From Octopus sinensis (Eukaryota): DNA of 64,000 nucleotides. The position numbers were made by a program, and so were the translations under genes. The stretch spans positions 12,572-76,571 of the forward strand of contig NW_021833774.1 of the NCBI RefSeq assembly GCF_006345805.1. Direction: 5' to 3'. Shown here piece by piece: positions 42,107-55,778 of the stretch; the first letter of the stretch is position 1; each line of letters begins with the position of its first letter. The notes beneath the pieces are model-generated. The model was not told the DNA's origin. It did no database searches and saw only the letters and a program-made list of their open reading frames with translations.

Positions 42107-42560
42107 ATGCAAAATTAAATCTGTTGTTACGTTTATAAATTTGTTTTGTTCGTTTCTTGATATGAAATCATGTGTTGAAACAGAAGATATTATATTTTGA
42201 GAGGGTCATTTAGGGTTAGGGTTAGGTTGAGGGTTAGTGACAGGATGTTGTCTCAGTTTTAGACGCAGCAAATGATTTTAGCTCAATGGAGGTAATCGAT
42301 TGGTTAAATTGCCGAAATGCTCGAAATTTCAGACGAAATACCTTACAAACTATAGAATTTTCTCAATAAAACCAAGAGAAAATGATGTTTTATAAACACA
42401 TTCTACCAGTATACGAAGTTAAAAACTTTTTAGTTACCTACAAATTATGTTACAAACTGCCGTTGAAAAGGAAAAGATCCGAAAATTTTTACAAAGCATT
42501 GTCAATCAATTATCATCCTCTTGAATAATTTTATGTCATTTAAACGAATTTTTCATGTAA

Positions 42561-42950
42561 TCTTTATATTTTAAAGTGAGGTTGTGTGCTGTCTGTCTCC
42601 TACGATTTAGATTCCTAACTACTCCCACATTTTGCGGTGCAGTTTAACCAAAACCGGGTATCTTATAGTCGTGATTCATATCGAGCCCTTCTGGGTATTA
42701 GCGCGCGTCTACGATGAGTCTACGATTTAAAATAAAATTTACCATAATTTTTTTCCATTTTAATGCATTTTTTCGCTATTATATAAGGCAAGTAACTCTC
42801 TAAAAATGTCTACGATGAGTCAAGGATTTTAAAAATAATTTACCATCATTTTTTTTCCATTTTTTTGCTATTTTTTGGCTATAACTCTCTAAAAATGCTT
42901 ATATAGTTATTTCCCTTACAAACCGGAGCAACGCCGGGCGATACTGCTAG
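42561..42950 (+). mobile_element. Non-autonomous Helitron, complete
   Basis: A|TC...hairpin...CTAG|T with no TSD; the empty site is visible in the duplicate at 42091-42130. Confidence 0.9.
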
Positions 42951-43120
42951 TAAAATATAAAATTAAATCTGTTATTACGTTTATAAATTTGTTTTGTTCG
43001 TTTCTTGATATGAAATCATGTGTTGAAACAGAAGACGTTATATTTTGAGGGGGTCATTTTTTTCTTGCCAAATAAACACGCACACTACATATATATTCCT
43101 TCGTTACTCCTTTATTATTG

Positions 43121-43543
43121 GGATCTTTTCGGTTTGACCGGCAGTTTTTTTAAATAATTTCCACGTAACTAAACACTTTTAAACTTCGTGTACTGGTAGA
43201 ATGTGTTTATAAAACATCTTTTTCTCTTGGCTTTATTGAGAAAATTCTATAGTCTGTAAGATATTTGTTGTTTTTTTTTCTTCAATTTCTGCAATTTCAA
43301 CCAATCACTGATATCCATTGAGGTAACAAAAACATTCTGTGCCGTATGAATATGTCCCTCGTTTAAGAAACAGATTGGGTTTATTTACATTTGTGAAGAA
43401 AAAAAGATACCCTTCCCCCACCCCTAACTAATGCTAACCCTAAAACAGTTTGAAATGCAATAGATCGATACTAGGGTCATAATTATGGGTAACAATTTCA
43501 TATGACACCGCTACAAAAACTGCCGTTCAAACCGAAAAGTTCC
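43121..43543. mobile_element. TIR MITE (~28-bp TIRs), complete
   Basis: GGATCTTTTCGGTTTGACCGGCAGTTTTT ... AAAAACTGCCGTTCAAACCGAAAAGTTCC. Confidence 0.85.
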
Positions 43544-44169
43544 TATTAGTGTTCTTAATTCATCTTATGTGCATTGCCTAGAAATATTTCGTCACACACC
43601 TGTGACCTCTTCTGCGACTCTTTCATACAACGTGCCTCCTCCTGTTCTGTTTAGTCCATTCTATCTTTCTATGGCGTGTATCCTTATCAGCACATGCCTT
43701 TGTGTCTGTATCTGTGTGTGTGTGTATGTGTGTGTGTGCGTGCCTGTATGTACGCATGTGTATGTGCCTTTTATTGTACGTTGATCGGTTAATAACAAAG
43801 AGGTTAAGGTATTATCAACCCATAGAAAAGACATGACACTTAGACAGATTACAGAGGCCATACACATAATAATAAATAGACCGTGACTCGACAGAAAACA
43901 CGAATGGAAAAATAATACCCCACCAATACACACACAAAAGACACACATACACATATTTATGGTGAAATATAAGAAGTAGAAATAAATAAGTAAATAAATG
44001 AAAGAAAAATCTATATGAAGGGCACGGACGCAAACAATATAATTTTAAACTGGAAAATGGATTAAGTCTACCACACAACAACACTATACACAATGAGATG
44101 AGAAAAATGCAACGTGTGTGTGTATGTGTGTGTGCGTGTGTGTTCATATACGCATGCATGCATATATAC

Positions 44170-44576
44170 TCTTTTCTCTCTTTTACTTGTTTCAGTCATT
44201 TGACTGCGGCCATGCTGGAGCACCGCCTTTAGTCGAGCAAATTGACCCCAGGACTTACTCTTTGTAAGCCCAGTACTTATTCTATCGGTCTCTTTTGCCG
44301 AACCGCTAAGTTACGGGAACATAAACACATCAGCATCGGTTGTCAAGCAATGCTAGGGGGACAAACACAGACACACAAACATACACGCACATACATATAT
44401 ATACATATATACGACGGGCTTCTTTCAGTTTCCGTCTACCAAATCCACTCACAAGGCTTTGGTCGGCCCGAAGCTATAGTAGAAGACACTTGCCCAAGGT
44501 GCCACACAGTGGGACTGGACCCGGAACCATGTGGTTGGTAAACAAGCTACTTACCACACAGCCACTGCTGCGCCTA
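44170..44576 (-). mobile_element. SINE family A, full length
   Basis: Matches the family consensus. Confidence 0.9.
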
Positions 44577-44679
44577 TATATATATGTATATGCACACAAA
44601 TATAATATTATTGGACGCTCGGGAAAGAAGGGAAGACAGAGGGAAAAAAATCGTCAATGGTACACACAACACACGAGGT

Positions 44680-44733
<54 letters not shown>

Positions 44734-45444
44734 TGTATATATACCGGAGTAAACACATAATGTGAAACAATGTGGAAAAAAGAGTACTCAAATACCAGAG
44801 GTAGAGTAATATGCTTTATTTAAAAGCAGCAGAAAATTCAACTAAACCTGTTACTCTAAGTTTCACGTTCCCGTTCGTCATATATATAAATATATATATA
44901 TAAATACACACACACACACACACAAAACACACACATATATGTATTATGTATGTATATATGTGTGTGTATGAATATATATGTAAATATGTATGCATGTGGA
45001 GTTCTTTGTGTTTGTCCTCCACTATTGCTTAGCAATTCCTATATATTTTTTTACATCCCTGAAACCGAGAACATAGTAACTTAGCAGTTCGGCAAAGGAG
45101 GCTGATACTAGAACTACCTAATTTAAGGTAATGTACGTGGTCAACTAGAGAGGTAGACTTGCTGTAGCTCTTCATACACCAATGAATTTAAATGGGTCGA
45201 ATAATTATGGGTGACAATTTCATATGACACCGCTAGAAACAACTGCCGTTCAAACCGAAAAGATCTGTGGCTTCGTTTACATTTCTGAAGATAACAGAAA
45301 CCCTTTTCTCCCACCCCTAACTCTAACCCTAACCCTAAACCCTAAACCCCCCATATATATAAAAAAAAAACACTTTATTGAAATGTATCTTGTACTTCCG
45401 GTACCTATACCGAAGTTACGCCGCATTCAAGAATAAAAATAAAT

Positions 45445-45464
45445 TATACTTAAATAATTTTACA

Positions 45465-45506
<42 letters not shown>

Positions 45507-45533
45507 TATCATAGTAATAATAATAATTATAAT

Positions 45534-45566
<33 letters not shown>

Positions 45567-45665
45567 TATCATAATAATAATTAATAATTATAATTATAAT
45601 AATAATAATAATAATAATAATATCATAATAATAATAATAATTATAATTATAATTATTATAATAAT

Positions 45666-45698
<33 letters not shown>

Positions 45699-45738
45699 TA
45701 TCATAATAAATAATAATAATAACAATAATAATAATAAT

Positions 45739-45769
<31 letters not shown>

Positions 45770-45842
45770 GATAATAATTATAATTATAATAATAATAATT
45801 ATAATTATAATAATAATAATAATAATGATAATAATAATAATA

Positions 45843-45887
<45 letters not shown>

Positions 45888-45904
45888 TAATAATTATAAT
45901 GATA

Positions 45905-45953
<49 letters not shown>

Positions 45954-46016
45954 TAACAATAATAATAATAATAATAATAATATTATAATAATAATAACAA
46001 CAACAACAACAACAAC

Positions 46017-46054
<38 letters not shown>

Positions 46055-46130
46055 TGATGATGATGCTGATGATGATGATGATAATAATAATAATTATCGT
46101 AATAATAATAATAATAATAATAATAATTAA
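45445..46130. repeat. (AAT)n microsatellite with CAA/GAT blocks, upstream of BLOC1S1
   Basis: Direct reading. Confidence 0.95.
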
Positions 46131-46420
46131 TCATATCTTTGTTTCCTGAGAAATTTAGAAATTATTCTTGAGCACCGTTGAAATCGACACTGTAAATGCG
46201 GACCTGTAATAATTTAGTTTCCGGTTTTATCAGATGTAAACATTGATCATATATTTAACACACACACACAGCAGTTGCTCTTTAAACATATATATACGTG
46301 TGTGTGTGTCTTGTGGTGTATATATTATAGGGTGTCGACATAATTGGTGTACGTTGTATATTTTAGGGAATTGCAGAGAGAAGGTTTTATTTAAAAAAGG
46401 TAAATTTAAACCAGTGAAAT

Positions 46421-46846
46421 ATGTTGTCCAGCCTTGTTAAACAGCATTTGACTCAACAACAAGCCAGGAAGGAACTGCAAGGTGAGTGTAATAGACATAT
46501 ATATATATGTGTGTGTGTGTTTATATATATAAAGGTTTTTTTTTATTTTTCATTGACTTCGAAATTTTCTGTAAAATTGTGGCGTTTTTTTTTTGTTTTT
46601 TTTCCGTGTTGGCTGCTATTTCTAGCACGTAAAATTACCTGTTAGAGGGTAATTTCCTATTTTAAAATACGTACATTATACATATATATATAATATATAT
46701 ATATATATACACCATACCTACCTACATACATATATATATATATACACACATACCTACATACATACATATATATATATAACACACACATACATATATATAT
46801 ACATACATATATATATATATATACACACACACATACATATATATAT

Positions 46847-46933
<87 letters not shown>

Positions 46934-46936
46934 CAC

Positions 46937-47014
<78 letters not shown>

Positions 47015-48961
47015 GCTCATTTATGTATATTAGCATTCGGTACTACTCGCGAACAGTGGTCCCGGTGCGCGCACTCGCTAGCTAGTCGTAAGTAGTCGAT
47101 CCTACAACGACCTTTTAATCCTAACCCTAACCTTTGTTTGTTTATAAAAAATAATTTATTTACTTAGTTTAAAAAAATTATTTGCTTTGTTCGAAAAATA
47201 TTATTTAATGCCTTGAAATACGAACATACGCGCAAGTCGTATTTGGATCGACTACTCACGACTAGCTAGCGCGAGTGCGCGCACTGGGACCACTGTTCGT
47301 TAGTAGTTCCATGTACATGTATACGTTCTTGATACATACATACAAACACACATATATATATAGGCATAACTAGTGATGTGTACCCCACCGATCTTGTTGT
47401 CTCATAGCTTCCAGAAAAATAAAAATAAATAATTTTCAAGGAATTTTATCTACAAATAAGCGCTTAGATCCTATAGATTCGATGTATGTAGAATTTTGTT
47501 GCTAAATAAATTCTCCGAGGAATTGGGGAGAAGAATTTCGGAAAATTCGTTTGCTAGTAGTAAGTACCATGTACATATACGATCTTGATATATACAAACA
47601 CACAAATATATAGGCATAACTAGTGATGTGTACCCCACCGATCTTGTTGTCTCATAGCTTCCAGAAAAATAAAAACTAATACTTTTTAAGGAATTTTATC
47701 TACATATTTGTAGATAAAATTAGATCCTGTAGATCCTTAGATCCTGTAGATGTAGAGATTTGTTGCCAAAAAGATTTTCCGAGGAATTGGGGAGAAGAAT
47801 TTCGGAAAATTCGTTCGCTAGTAGTGCCATGTACATACAAACACACACATATATAGGCATAACTAGTGATGTGTACCCCACCGATCTTGTTGTTTCATAG
47901 CTTCCAGAAATATAAAAATAAATGCTTTTTAAGGAATTTTATCTACAAATAAGCGCTTAGGTCCTATAGATTCGGTGTATGTAGAATTTTGTTGCTAAAT
48001 AAATTTTTCTGTGGAGTTGGGGAGAAGATTTTCGGAAAATTCACACGACCCGAAATTTTTCTCCCTCTCACAACTTTCAGGAAAATGAGTATTTTTTAAT
48101 GAAATCTTATACAAATACTTTTCAAATGGTATAGATTACGATTACAGAGAAATTTGTTGGCACAATTTTTTTGCAAGGGGGCGGGGCAAGCAGTTTATGA
48201 AAATAGAGTTTCAGGTCAGACGGCCCACAAAAGTTGGAATTTTTCCATTTTGACGGGGATTTTTTCCAATTTTTTTTTTCACCACTGTTTCCGGAATGAA
48301 GGGAGACATCGTTTCAGGAAAAAAAAAATTTTGAAATCCTGTAGTTATACCTATATTTATAGATATTGTATTACGTCCATACACGTAAGTTACGGGGACG
48401 TAAACACACCACCATCGGTTGTCAAGCAATGTTTCGGGGACAAGCACAGACGCACAAACACACACACACACACACACATATAATAGTCTCTTTTGCTGAA
48501 CTGCTAAGTTACGGGGATGTAAACACACTAGCATCAGTTGTCAAGCGATGATGTGGGGACAAACACAGACACACACAAATATATATATATATATACACAT
48601 TGGCCTGCTCGCTTAGCCAGCGGGGTGGAGTCATTTGAAGGCTAAAACAATGCGAAGCGCATTGTGACCAGCGATGTGTAGCAACATCTGATAGCCTGGT
48701 CGGTCACGGTGATCACGGTGAAATATATATATGCACCAATCAGATCGTGGCCGATGCCAGCCTCGCCTGGCACCTGTGCCGGTGGCACATAAAAAGCACC
48801 CACTACACTCACGGAGTGGTTGGCATTAGGAAGGGCATCCAGCCGTAGAAATTTTGCCAGATAAGACTGGTGCCTGGTGCAGCCTTCTGGCTTCCCAGAT
48901 CCCCGGTCAAACCGTCCAACCCATGCTAGCATGGGGAACGGACGTTAAACGATGATGATGA

Positions 48962-48994
<33 letters not shown>

Positions 48995-50939
48995 TGCAGG
49001 GGTGGTGTCTTGTAAAAAGCTTGCTTTCCAACAACATGGTTCAAGGTTCAGTCCCACTGCATGGCACCTTGGGCAAGTGTCTTCAACTATAACATTGAAA
49101 CAGTAGACTCCTTCAAGTCAAAGTCCATTCTGATACCAACTATAAACATGTCTCACCCACCCATTTTTTTTTTTTTTTCCAAAATCTCTTCAAATTCCTG
49201 TTATTAATAACAGAAATCTACAATCTTGTTTTATTCCTCTATTCCTTTATGTGTTCCATCCCAAAGGCCAGAGCCATGCTGGCACACTGATATATATTCT
49301 TTACTCTCTTTTACTCTTTTACTTGTTTCAGTCAGTTGACTGCGGCCATGCTGGAGCACCGCCTTTAATCGAGCAACTCGACCCCGGGACTTATTCTTTT
49401 TTATAAGCCCAGTACTTATTCTATCGGTCTCTTTTTGCTGAACCGCTAAGTGACGAGGACGTAAACACACCAGCATCGGTTGTCAAGCAATGCTAGGGGG
49501 ACAAACACAGACACACAAACACACACACGCATATATATATATACATATATACGACGGGCTTCTTTCAGTTTCCGTCTACCATATCCACTCACAAGGCTTT
49601 GGTCGGCCCAAGGCTATAGCAGAAGACGTTTCCCCAAGGTGCCACACAGTGGGACTGAACCCGGAACCATGTGCTTGGTAAACAAGCTACTTACCACACA
49701 GCCACTCCTATATATCATCATCATCATCATCATCGTTTAGCGTCCAGCCAGACTGAGGTCTGGCGAACCAGATGTCTGCACCAGGCTCCAATCTTGATCT
49801 GGCAGAGTTTCTACAGCTGGATGCCCTTCCTAATGCCAACCCCTCCGAGAGTGTAGTGGGTGCTTTTACGTGCCTGTCAGGTGGTACTGGCAAACGCCAC
49901 GCTCAAATGGTGCTTTTTATGTGCCACGTGCACAGGAGCCAGTCCAGCGGCACTGGCAACGACCTCGCTTGTATATTTTTTCCTGTGCCACCAGCACAAG
50001 TGCCAGTAAGGCGACGCAGGTAACGATCACGCTCAGATGGTGTTTGTTATGTGCCACCAGCACGGAGGCCAGCTTGTTGCTCTGGTAATGATCACATTCA
50101 TATGGTACTCTTAGCACTCCACTAGCACAGATGCCAGTCATCGAATTTGATTTTGATTTCACTTGCCTCAACAGATCTTCGCAAGCAGATTTTAGTGTCC
50201 AATGAAGGAAAAACCTGCATAAGTGGGCTGGTTACACCCCTGGCATAGGCCACGAGGTTATGGTCTCACTTGCGCTTGCCGAGTTTTCTCAAGCACAGCA
50301 TGTTTCCAGAGGTCCAGGTCATTAGTCATTGCTTTGGTGAGGCCCAATGTTCGAAGGTCATGCTTCACCACCTCATCCCAGGTTTTCCTGGGTCTAACTC
50401 TTCCACAGGTTTCCTCAACTGCTAGAGTGTGGCATTATATATATATATATATACACACACATACATATGTATATATATTTAACCTGAACTAACTAGATGT
50501 AAGGGAGAGAAAAAAAAAATAAGTAATAGTAAAACAAAAGTTTTGTGATATAGAGATAAATGTCTGATAATAGGTTTTAGGGTTTTGTTTTGGGGGTGAG
50601 GGTCGTAAATCACTTCCTAGTTTCGGCGGCGGGTGGGGGCGGTTGAAATTTGATATTGTTGTGATGAGTGGTCAGTCTACACCTATCCACCACTACAAGT
50701 TTATAGCTTTAAGTTTATAGTGTGTATGTGCGTGCATATACACACACATACATACATACATACACACAGGCGTATGTACGTACGTACATACATTTGACAA
50801 ATTAAACTTAAATGTTGAAGTGAATCGAACGGCTTTTGTGTGTCTCTTAAATGGCTTACAAACACCTTCCACGCTGCAATTGTTTTCGTTCCAGCACACG
50901 ATCTCAGATCAAATCACTTGCTATGCAAGTACATCTCCG

Positions 50940-50977
<38 letters not shown>

Positions 50978-51162
50978 TTAGCGATAAAACCACTATTAAG
51001 CAAATCAAACAGTGAAAAACATAAACCAAAACATAGAATTAAAATTAATTAATATAATATACAAAATATATAAAATATAAAATTCAAAATTTAAATTATT
51101 TAAATTTAAAGTTAAAAATTAAAAAAAAAATTTTTTAATTATTAATTTATACTTATAAATTT

Positions 51163-51195
<33 letters not shown>

Positions 51196-51354
51196 TTAAT
51201 TAATTTTATTTCTATATTTTGGTTTATGTTTTTCACTGTTTGATTTGCCTAATAGTGGTTTCATCTCTAATTTAATATATATATTTATACTGTAAAATTA
51301 GATTTAATCCTAAATCTAATTTTTCCCTGTAAGTTTGGATTTACTCCCTAATAT

Positions 51355-51395
<41 letters not shown>

Positions 51396-51638
51396 CAACA
51401 CATATATACATTATATATACAACATGTAACAAAAACATCTTTAAATGATTATTCTGGAGCATATTCACCATCCACTTCAATTACTGCTTCCCCTTTGCTT
51501 GGCAGACAGTCAGACTGTCATTTAAAGATGTTTTTGTTAAATATGTGAAGCAACATAATGCAAAGTTTTTACTTTTCAAAAATTCCAATTCTAAAGGGTC
51601 GAAACAAACCCGAGCAACGTTGGGCGATACTGCTAGTA

Positions 51639-51682
<44 letters not shown>

Positions 51683-52072
51683 GGAGTAAACACATAGATG
51701 TGAAACAAGGTGGAAAAAAGAGTACTCAAATACCAGAGGTAGACTAATATGCTTTATTTAAAGCGGCAGAAAATTCAACAAAACCTGTTACTCTGAGTTT
51801 CCCGTTGCCGTTCATTGGACAGTTTACCTGTTGCTGTTCGATGAAAGTATATATATATATATATATACTTTATTTTAAGCAGCAGAAAATTCAACAAAAC
51901 CTGTTACTCTGAGTTTCACGTTGCCGTTCGTCGGACAGTTTTTGCTCAGAGTAACAGATTTTGTTGAATTTTCTGCTGCTTAAAATAAAGTATATTACTC
52001 TACCACTGGTATTTGAGTACTCTTTTTTCCACCTTGTTTCACATTTATGTGTTTACTCCGGTATATATATAT

Positions 52073-52104
<32 letters not shown>

Positions 52105-55100
52105 CCGGAGTAAACACATAGATGTGAAACAAGGTGGAAAAAAGAGTACTCAAATACCAGAGGTAGACTAATATGCTTTATTTAAAGCGGCAGAAAATTC
52201 AACAAAACCTGTTACTCTGAGTTTCCCGTTGCCGTTCATTGGACAGTTTACCTGTTGCTGTTCGATGAAAGTATATATATATATATATACTTTATTTTAA
52301 GCAGCAGAAAATTCAACAAAACCTGTTACTCTGAGTTCACGTTGCCGTTCGTCGGACAGTTTTTGCTCAGAGTAACAGATTTTGTTGAATTTTCTGCTGC
52401 TTAAAATAAAGTATATTACTCTACCACTGGTATTTGAGTACTCTTTTTTCCACCTTGTTTCACATTTATGTGTTTACTCCGGTATATATATATATATATA
52501 TTATATATATATATATATATATATCAATAATAACAAAGGGTGAAATTAATTAATTAAGACGTAATCAGTAATTTCACCAAGTAGGATTCGGCATGAAAAG
52601 GACCATTTCATGGTAAGTTTAAGTAATACTTTATAATTAGGGTTCAGCAAAGATTTGCTTCACCACATACCGAAGTTTAGAAATAGCAGTAAAAAAATCT
52701 TAGCTATTCCTTCTACTTTAAAGGGAGTTCCCAGAAAAAAGTGCTTTGGTTTTTCTAGGAAATCCCTTTAAAGTAGAAGGAATAGCTAAGATTTTTTGAC
52801 TGCTATTTCTAAACTTCGGTATGTGGTGAAGCAAATCGTAGCTGAACCCTAATTATATAGTGAAGGCGCATGGCTCAGTGGTTAGAGCGTCGAGCTTACG
52901 ATCGTGAGGTTGTGAGCTCGAATCCCGGACCGGGCTGCGTGTTGTGTTCTTGAGCAAGACACTTTATTTCACGTTGCTCCAGTTCACTCAGCTGTAGAAA
53001 TGAGTTGCGACGTCACAGGTGCCAAGCTGTATCGGCCCTTTTGCCTTTCCCTTGGACAACATCAGTGGCGTGGAGAGGGGAGGCCCGTATGCATGGGCGA
53101 CTGCTGGTCTTCCATAAAACCACCTTGCCCAGACTTGTGACTAGGACGGTAACTTTCTAGGTGCAATCCCATGATCAGTATTGTGACCGAAGGGGGTCCC
53201 AGATCCCAGATATATATACTCTTTTACTCTTTTACTTGTTTCAGTCATTTGACTGCGGCCATGCTGGAGCACCACCTTTAATCGAGCATCTCGACCCCGG
53301 GACTTATTCTTTAGTAAGCCCAGTACTTATTCTATCGGTCTCTTTTGTCGAACCGCTAAGTAACGGGGACATAAACACACCAGCGTCGGTTGTCAAGCAA
53401 TGCTAGGGGGACAAACACAGACACACGAACACACACACACACACATATATATATACATATATACGACGGGCTTCTTTCAGTTTCCGTCTACCAAATCCAC
53501 TCGCAAGGCTTTGGTCGGCCCGAGGCTATAGCAGAAGACACTTGCCCAAGGTGCCACGCAGTGGGACTGAACCCGGAACGATGTGGTTGGTAAACAAGCT
53601 ACTTACCACACAGCCACTCCTACATATATACGACGGGCTTCTTTCAGTTTCCGTCTACCAAATCCACTCGCAAGGCTTTGGTCGGCCCGAGGCTATAGTA
53701 GAAGACACTTGCCCAAGGTGCCACGCAGTGGGACTGAACCCGGAACCATGTGGTTGGTAAACAAGCTACTTACCACACAGCCACTCTGAAAACTCTGCTT
53801 ACAGTAGCACCTGGACATCAAGGTAAGCTGTGTCTGTTATTTACTGTGTACAAATTTGACAGCCACATAAAACAGTGATCTCCCTTGCACTGACAAACCA
53901 TACAGGCACCAGAAAGTTTTGAGATCGGGATTGGAATTTACAAACCTGTCCAACCCTACATTTTTTATATTGTAATAATAATAACAATAAAAAGAAAAAG
54001 TAAAACAAAATATCTTTAAATTTTGAGATTTAATTTCTATTTCTTTTTTTTCTTTTCTTTTTTTTTGTTTATCCACAGAGAAAAGGAAAGCAGAAGCAAT
54101 GGCATCAGCAACTGCCCTCACCCATGCTCTGGTTGACCATCTGAATTCAGGGTGAATACCATTTTATTTTCATTTCTTTATTTGTTTGTTTTAAATCTCT
54201 TTAAACTGTTTTAGGGTCTCCTTGCCTACCTGATGTCATCGAAACAGCAATAATTCCTTGGAAGCCACCTTGTGAGTAGATTTTGTTTTTTACTACCCAC
54301 AAGGGGCTAAACATAGAGAGGACAAACAAGGACAGACAAACAAGGACAGACAAACAGATTAAGTCAATTACATCGACCCCAGTGCGTAACTGGTACTTAA
54401 TTTATCGACCCCGAAAGGATGAAATGCAAAGTTGACCTCAGCGGAATTTGAACTCAGAATGTAACGGCAGATGAAATACCTATTTCTTTACTACGCACAA
54501 GGGGCTAAACACAGAGGGAACAAACAAGGACAGACAAACGGATTAAGTCGATTACATCGACCCCAGTGCGTAACTAGTACTTAATTTATCGACCCAGAAA
54601 GGATGAAAGGCAAAGTCGACCTCGGCGGAATTTGAACTCAGAACATAAGGACAGACAAAATGCCACTAAGCATTTTGTCCAGTGAGAGTAATAATAATAA
54701 TAATAATAAATGCCCTGATGCAGTTCCAGGCAGTGGCTCTCATGGCTTCTGATCTTAACTGATTGGAAGTGTTATAATGTACATTGTTATGTCTTGGTAT
54801 ATAAGATGGACTACAGCAAATATTCTGCTCAATACCACAGATTTCCTTGTCAGTTGTTTGACCTTAACCAGTTGAGCATGTCCCTTAGTGGTTGACAATA
54901 TGTGCATCTCTGATCACAAGTAAAAGTAGTGGGGGAGCGTCATAGCCATGTGTTGAGAAGGATCTTTGGGGTTTGAATAATTCACCTCTGGAAACATGGG
55001 TGGTTCGTTCAACATCCTTAAACAACCCTTATTCAGGGACCTTTTGAGCGGGACGGGTTACTCGACCAGAAGAAAATTCTAATTGGGCTCCACCTGCAAG

Positions 55101-55747
55101 GTCATGTGCTGTTTATCTTGATACGAGATCATCATGTCGCGCACACATATGGTTGTGTACCCTTATCAGACGGGTAGTCATGATGGGTATACTGGGCTTC
55201 GTATATTTTACCCCAGTGTCACTTTGATGGCATGCACTGCTTTCTCATTCAATAATAATAATTATAAAATGTAAAGAATGTATTTGTTTCTGACTACAAT
55301 GTAATCTTTTAATTTTTTATTTTTCCATTTGAATGTAAAGGGTTGCCCAGTCCTACGTGAACCAGAAAAAACTTGACACAGAGACGAAGATCCTCCAGGC
55401 CAACGCTGCCCATTTCGCCAAGATGACCATGCAGTGGCTAAAGTTAGTGGAAGACTTCAACACAGCATTGAAGGTAAGCATTTCGAAGCTAAGAATATCC
55501 TTTGATGGGGGTCAGGGGAGAGTCTCTTCATCATCATCATCATCGTTTAGCGTCCGCTTTCCATGCTGGCATGGGTTGGACGGTGCAACTGGGGTCTGGG
55601 AAGCCAGAAGGCTGCGCCAGGCCCAGTCTAATCTGGCAATGTTTCTACGACTGAATGCCCTTCCTAACACCAACCACTCCGTGAGTGTTGTGGGTGCTTT
55701 TTACATGCCACCGGCGCAGGGGCCAGTCAGTTGGTACTGACAACATT

Positions 55748-55778
<31 letters not shown>

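Noticed and set aside
42210-42240. Telomere or telomere-fusion remnant
   Set aside because: Only 2-3 degenerate TTAGGG units, always inside the same MITE family.
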